A stretch of 60,908 nucleotides of DNA from assembly GCA_018658465.1 (NCBI GenBank), contig JABHVE010000056.1, positions 1 to 60,908 of the forward strand. Reading direction: 5' to 3'. Of this stretch, positions 56,571-60,908 are shown in pieces (position 1 is the stretch's first letter; each line of letters begins with the position of its first letter). Under the pieces are notes generated by a model. The model searched no databases and was not told the DNA's origin. It saw only the letters and a list, made by a program, of their open reading frames with translations. Source of the stretch: Alphaproteobacteria bacterium. GTDB taxonomy: Bacteria; Pseudomonadota; Alphaproteobacteria; UBA2966; CAIVPW01. Position numbers and translations under genes: made by a program.

Positions 56571-56873
56571 TCAGGAATTCATGATGTCGGCAACCACACC
56601 ATGATGCTTGAGCACATTCTCGCTCGTCGATTGGGCCTTTGCCGGGTCCACATGGTGGTAACCGGAGATCGCGTGGATGCCATGCCCCGCCCGGACTTTC
56701 GCGGCAATTTCTTTGATTTGGGCGACAATCGCTGGGTCGTCGGTATGCTCGGCAATCACATGGTCCAACGTTTTGGTTCCAGCCCGAACTTCATCGACTT
56801 GCCGGAGAATTATCGCCTTTAATTCCGAATCATCGGTGAAGTGATCCACAATACGCTCGGCCCTGGATGCCAT
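56571..56873 (-). CDS. Hypothetical 100-aa protein with His-rich C-terminal half
   Basis: Strong RBS (GGGAGG, 6 nt upstream). AGHGIHAISGYHHVDP...KHHG. No family recognised and no MbtH motifs. Confidence 0.6.
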   Translation of the reverse strand: MASRAERIVDHFTDDSELKAIILRQVDEVRAGTKTLDHVIAEHTDDPAIVAQIKEIAAKVRAGHGIHAISGYHHVDPAKAQSTSENVLKHHGVVADIMNS

Positions 56874-56950
56874 AAATACCTCCCTGAGAACTTCGTCGGA
56901 TTCATTATGTTTAGCCTATCTGCGAACTTTGGACCCTGGAAACGCCAAAG

Positions 56951-57958
56951 TCAAACTGTCGGAATGGCTTCCATCAACGTGTGGCCCGTGCGCATTGGAT
57001 TAACCTCAACGACTGTAAATCCCGCATCCTCAAGCAAATTGTGCATTTGCGCCAAATTTCTCGCCGTTGTTCCGGTTTCGCAGATGACCATCTGCATGAG
57101 ATCGTCCACAGCTTGGTGGGTGTTAGGCGCCGCGACTGCCGCAAGTGGCTCGATTACCAACAACCGGGCATCAAGCTTGCTGGCCATCGCCCGCCGGAGC
57201 GCCCCCAGGATTTTGGGTGAGCTGGTATCGTTCCAGTTGTGGAGGACGTTTTTGAGGATGTAAAAATCCCCGTTCCCCGGGAGGTCACCAAAAATGTCGC
57301 CGGAGACAAACCGCAGACGATCCGCCAAATCCGGCGTTTCGGTCTTCAGATCCTCGGTCGCCCGGGCACACACGTCCGCCCGGTCAACACAAAGCCCGCG
57401 CAACAAAGGCGCCGCGCCGAGCAAACTTTTTAGTAAAGTCCCGCGCCCGCCGCCGACGTCCACGGCCAGATCACCGGCTGACCAATCCCGCATTTCGGCC
57501 AACAGCGCGCCCACCGGCCGGGTAAGATCATCCATTGCGCGATCATAAACCGCCGCTGCATTCGGAGTCCGGGCCATGTATTCGTACACCGAGCCGCCGA
57601 AGACTTTGGGAAACGCGGACTCGCCAGTCTCCAAACAATGCATTAGTTCACCAAACCCGGCCTGATATTCCCCCGCTGCCAGCATGCAAAAATTGCGCAT
57701 CGAGTGGGGGTCGCCGGACCGCAGCGCCTGCGAATGCTCGGTGTTCGAATATCGGCCATCGGGCGTGGCCTCAAACAGCTCGACCGCGGCAAGCAGGTTC
57801 AGAACTCGGGATAGGACCGCCGCGACAGTGCTCGTGGCTTGTGCAAGATCGGCCGCTGAGCGCGGCCCGTCGTCCAACAGATCTGCAATTCCCAACCGGG
57901 CTGCAGCGCCCACAGCGGAAGCGATCCATCCTCCGCAAGCAAGCTGTAAGGCCAGCAT
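56951..57958 (-). CDS. Class I SAM-dependent O-methyltransferase (COMT / family-2 type with N-terminal dimerisation domain)
   Basis: SAM motif I VDVGGGRGTLL, DRLRFVSGDIF, YILKNVLHNWND, plus a winged-helix-like N-domain. Confidence 0.85.
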   Translation of the reverse strand: MLALQLACGGWIASAVGAAARLGIADLLDDGPRSAADLAQATSTVAAVLSRVLNLLAAVELFEATPDGRYSNTEHSQALRSGDPHSMRNFCMLAAGEYQAGFGELMHCLETGESAFPKVFGGSVYEYMARTPNAAAVYDRAMDDLTRPVGALLAEMRDWSAGDLAVDVGGGRGTLLKSLLGAAPLLRGLCVDRADVCARATEDLKTETPDLADRLRFVSGDIFGDLPGNGDFYILKNVLHNWNDTSSPKILGALRRAMASKLDARLLVIEPLAAVAAPNTHQAVDDLMQMVICETGTTARNLAQMHNLLEDAGFTVVEVNPMRTGHTLMEAIPTV

Positions 57959-58012
57959 TCTGTCGGTCCTGGGGTAATTCGCCGCTAACCGCCGCCTAGT
58001 TCCGGGCGCCGG

Positions 58013-58957
58013 TCACGATTTCGCCGCATGGTGGACGAATTTCAACAAAACGTCCGAGGCGCTGCGGTCGTCGGATTTGGCGGTCAGCAAATTCACGATA
58101 TCCTGGTGAGCAGGGCCCAATTTGCCGTAGGCATCGGTAATTGCCTTCAGGGACGACTTTATGGCACGGGCGTCCTTGAGCATCGATGCCACATCTAGTT
58201 CATAGGGAATTCGGCTCGGATCATCTGCCGGAGTTGGCTGCTTGTTGTGCCATTTCAGGATCTCTTCCACCAAATGATCCGTGGTTTCCTCCAATGGGCC
58301 GTGGCTATCGGCCAACGCGGTCGACAATTTCTCGACATCGGCCTGTGCCTTGGGTGTCATGACGCATAATTCCGCCTCGCCCTTCTTTTGGCGGATCCGA
58401 TTTGTCACGCGCTGGTTGACGATGACAAGAACTTTGGAGACCTTCCCGGCAGTTGATCTCATGGCAACACTGGAAACGAACCCAAGCACGCCAACAGTTT
58501 TATTTTTCACAGCCAGCAACTCCGCTTCCCTGGGGCTAAGGTCCTTGGGCGCAGCGCTTTCTTCGTCTTTCTCTAGCTCGGAGTCGGCCTTGCCTATGGC
58601 GTCGCCGCCGTTCAGCGTCTCCAACTGGTCCGAGGCGGCCTGGAAAACCACACCACGCGTTTTCACTTCCTCGCCGCTGACGCCCTTGGCCAACGCGGAT
58701 ACTAGCTGCCCGTACTGCTTAAGCACGTCGGCCACTGCCCGGCGCAGGGCTAGGGCATCTAACAACCTTCTTTCGGGCGATCCGGCCGGAGCACTGTAGG
58801 ATTTTGCCGTGAGTTTGACGTCGCCAGAGGTCATGACCATCCGGCTGTGCTGAAGGGCTTCCAAAGTCCCGAAGGTGTTGTTTAGTTTTGCGGCCAACGT
58901 TGAAGTTGATTCAGAAAATCCCTCAACCCTGGATCCAACTGTTTCGGTTTTGGCCAT
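58013..58957 (-). CDS. Hypothetical 314-aa soluble, largely helical protein
   Basis: RBS AAGGAG. Clean ORF. No catalytic motif or family recognised. Confidence 0.6.
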   Translation of the reverse strand: MAKTETVGSRVEGFSESTSTLAAKLNNTFGTLEALQHSRMVMTSGDVKLTAKSYSAPAGSPERRLLDALALRRAVADVLKQYGQLVSALAKGVSGEEVKTRGVVFQAASDQLETLNGGDAIGKADSELEKDEESAAPKDLSPREAELLAVKNKTVGVLGFVSSVAMRSTAGKVSKVLVIVNQRVTNRIRQKKGEAELCVMTPKAQADVEKLSTALADSHGPLEETTDHLVEEILKWHNKQPTPADDPSRIPYELDVASMLKDARAIKSSLKAITDAYGKLGPAHQDIVNLLTAKSDDRSASDVLLKFVHHAAKS

Positions 58958-59069
58958 GTAAAATTTCTCCTTTGACTTTGCCTTCGTCCGGGAACACAGA
59001 GCAAGGCAAATTATTAAATTCGTCCTGGCGGGCCACGCTTGGCGCGCGCTGGCGCCGATTTACCCGGCC

Positions 59070-59303
59070 TTATTCGTCCGAACCTTCGTGCAGCTCCTCA
59101 AGCCCTTCGTGCATTTCCGCCAGGCTTTTGAGCACTGTGACCAACCCAAAAATTAAAATGCCATGCTCACTTTGCAAGCCCTCAGAGAGCGAAAACATTT
59201 GTTCTTGCAATTCCCACGCGCTGGCGAAGACCATGAATAACCCAGCCACGATTGTTACGCTGGGTAGGGCTGCAAATCCGGTAATTTTGTACAAAATTTT
59301 CAT
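59070..59303 (-). CDS. Hypothetical 77-aa membrane protein (two TM helices, acidic tail)
   Basis: RBS GGAGG. TM1 ITGFAALPSVTIVAGLFMVFASAW, TM2 GILIFGLVTVLKSL, tail HEGLEELHEGSDE. Confidence 0.55.
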   Translation of the reverse strand: MKILYKITGFAALPSVTIVAGLFMVFASAWELQEQMFSLSEGLQSEHGILIFGLVTVLKSLAEMHEGLEELHEGSDE

Positions 59304-59359
59304 GGTAATCCTCCGGTGATTGTTTCGGATCAGTTCCTAGGCGTCCGACCGATGAAAGG

Positions 59360-60127
59360 TCAGCCGGATTTTAGCGCATCGGCGGTCATGGCCACCACAT
59401 CGATCGTCACATTGTCAGATGCTGGCCTCCGAATTGCCAGGGCCATCGAGTGAGCGCCCGTGAGGCGCCAAAGGCTGAAGTGCCAGCGACCGGTATGGTC
59501 GAATACCTTGTCGGTAAAACTAATCTGTGGGGACGAGCCCCGCAAGTCAAAGGCGAAAAGGTCGAGGGGTGCGGCCAGGCCTTCCCCAATGGCTTTGATA
59601 AAAGATTCTTTCAAGGTCCATTGGTCATAAAACATTGGCGCCTGGTCAGAGGGCCGTGCCGCCAGCAAATCGTCGATTTCGGGGGGTGCGAAAAACCGGG
59701 CTGCCACCGCCAGAAAATCAGTGGCCCTGTTGTGGGCCTCCGCATCCACACCCACGTCGAAACCGTTCGCCACCGCGCAAGCCACAAGTCCGTCCGTATG
59801 GGTGATGCTGAACCGCAAATCGGATTGGCTTTCTGGTTCCGCCACCATCGGTCGGCCATTCTTATTGGTTTGGAAAACCCAAGCAGATGCCGGCGTGCCG
59901 GCAAATCGCGCCAGCATCGAGCGCAGAAGAATGCGGGCAGAAATAAATCGCGTTTGGTCGGCTTCGACACGCAGCTGATCATGACGGTGCCACTCGGCGC
60001 TGGACAGTGCTTTGCGGGCGGAAAGACTGCTTGCTGCCAAGGCAATTTCCGCGCCCGCCAGATACCACAGCCAAACGGTTCCGGTGGGGGCAGCCGCCGC
60101 TGGCAGCTCCGGCTCGCGCTGGGTCAT
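59360..60127 (-). CDS. Sfp-type 4'-phosphopantetheinyl transferase
   Basis: FSITHTDGLVACAV, GVDAE, and WTLKESFIKAIGEGL. Confidence 0.85.
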   Translation of the reverse strand: MTQREPELPAAAAPTGTVWLWYLAGAEIALAASSLSARKALSSAEWHRHDQLRVEADQTRFISARILLRSMLARFAGTPASAWVFQTNKNGRPMVAEPESQSDLRFSITHTDGLVACAVANGFDVGVDAEAHNRATDFLAVAARFFAPPEIDDLLAARPSDQAPMFYDQWTLKESFIKAIGEGLAAPLDLFAFDLRGSSPQISFTDKVFDHTGRWHFSLWRLTGAHSMALAIRRPASDNVTIDVVAMTADALKSG

Positions 60128-60574
60128 ATTTAAAGTCCAAGTGCTTGGGCAGGGGCCGGGCGTGGATTCACCGAAGTAATTGCGCTTGGAACTCCCAGGG
60201 AAGCAATGCCAAATATTTTCTGGCGAGCTTTAAAAAAAGCGCCACGATGGTGAGGGCGTCTTCCGTAAGAAGCACCGTATTTCGGGTGTCGACCCCCGGC
60301 CCGAGGAACGATTGGACGGACGCTATTCCATCTCCGCTGCTGGTCCTCAAGGATGACGGAATGCTGGAGTAGCCGAGCAGAGAGCTGCCCACTAACTTAT
60401 CGAGAGCCATTGTGCGGGTCGCGGAGATTAGTTTTCGATGTACGCTGGTACGGCAACTGTAGGTCGTGATAAGAGAGTGTAATCGGGGTTTAGAAATTAC
60501 AGTCGCGCGCACTCAATAATCCTAGGGATGGCTGTGCTGCTCGCGTGTGATTTCAGGTTTTTTCGCGCCTGCCT

Positions 60575-60871
60575 CTATCCATCGTAGTAGAGAACGGCAA
60601 GGTATTCTTCGAGATTGTCCTCGTCGATCACGGTTTCGGGCCACCCAGACCAATCAGGGTCGTTGGGATCGTAGTCCAACGCAAGAGGCACGGGCACCGG
60701 GAAAAGCGGATACGACGCGCGTTCTAGGAGCCACTGACTACCGTCAACCAGTTGTTCCCCAATTGACGGAGCGTTTTTTAAGACCTCAAACCCAACATTC
60801 CTGTACAACCTTTTTCGGCTCAAATCGGCTGAAAATATGAGTTGTCGTTTATCCACAGCGAGGGCGACCAC
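60575..60871 (-). CDS. Hypothetical 98-aa protein. Its first 32 codons lie inside the right copy of the 133-bp repeat.
   Basis: GTG start. An in-frame TAA at 60902-60904 bounds the ORF. The C-terminal part (DPNDPDWSGWPETVIDEDNLEEYLAVLYYDG) looks protein-like. No family recognised. Confidence 0.4.
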   Translation of the reverse strand: MVALAVDKRQLIFSADLSRKRLYRNVGFEVLKNAPSIGEQLVDGSQWLLERASYPLFPVPVPLALDYDPNDPDWSGWPETVIDEDNLEEYLAVLYYDG

Positions 60872-60908
60872 CCAGAACGTTCCGTAAAAATCTGTGCCTG
60901 ATTACACA
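60776..60908. repeat. Right copy of the perfect 133-bp direct repeat, cut by the window end
   Basis: Identical to 40063-40195. Offset is 20,713 bp. Its true length is unknown because the window ends inside it. Confidence 0.95.

Noticed and set aside
56571-56873. MbtH-like protein next to the NRPS
   Set aside because: The size is roughly right, but the invariant MbtH Trp/Pro signature (NxExQxSxWP...PxGW) is absent.
60168-60512. 114-aa minus-strand ORF
   Set aside because: No RBS. The translation is Ser/Leu/Thr-rich and non-globular-looking, in a lower-GC spacer. There is not enough support to call a gene.

Overview
GC-rich (~58-60% by eye) bacterial chromosome segment. The gene content looks alphaproteobacterial (ChpT phosphotransferase, FnrN-type Crp/Fnr, host-attachment protein, GldG/DUF4340 ABC system); that taxon call is inference.

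Positions 1-40 kb are mostly ordinary core and accessory genes:
- a seven-gene ECF sigma / anti-sigma / LTxxQ protein / MacAB-like / TolC efflux operon;
- a secreted pentapeptide-repeat protein;
- a mono-haem cytochrome c convergent with a divergent PQQ dehydrogenase;
- a GldG-type ABC system;
- two large hybrid histidine kinases;
- tRNA-Met, mnmA, moaA, nadK, hpf, a rhomboid protease, an EAL protein, and a FecR-domain protein with a repetitive charged tail.

The stand-out is 40.0-60.9 kb. A translationally coupled hybrid NRPS-PKS-NRPS assembly line lies on the minus strand: A-T-C-A-T, then KS-AT-KR-DH-CP, then a stand-alone ER, then C-A-T-TE. It is accompanied by a COMT-type O-methyltransferase, an Sfp-type PPTase and three unassignable ORFs. 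I do not recognise it as a characterised cluster.

This block starts exactly at the anticodon loop of a truncated tRNA-Leu(UAA) 3' half. It is bracketed by a perfect 133-bp direct repeat (40063-40195 and 60776-60908), and the second copy runs off the window. That looks like an integrated, tandem or circularised island, yet no recombinase gene is visible inside it.

Three other discontinuities are present:
- a ~14% GC segment at 1-115 that replaces the 3' end of a gene;
- an abrupt cheA / SDR-epimerase fusion junction near 25866 that truncates both genes;
- a five-copy tandem array of 45-49 bp hairpin repeats at 1633-1866.

All calls come from reading the ORF translations and the DNA by eye. 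No database search was run.
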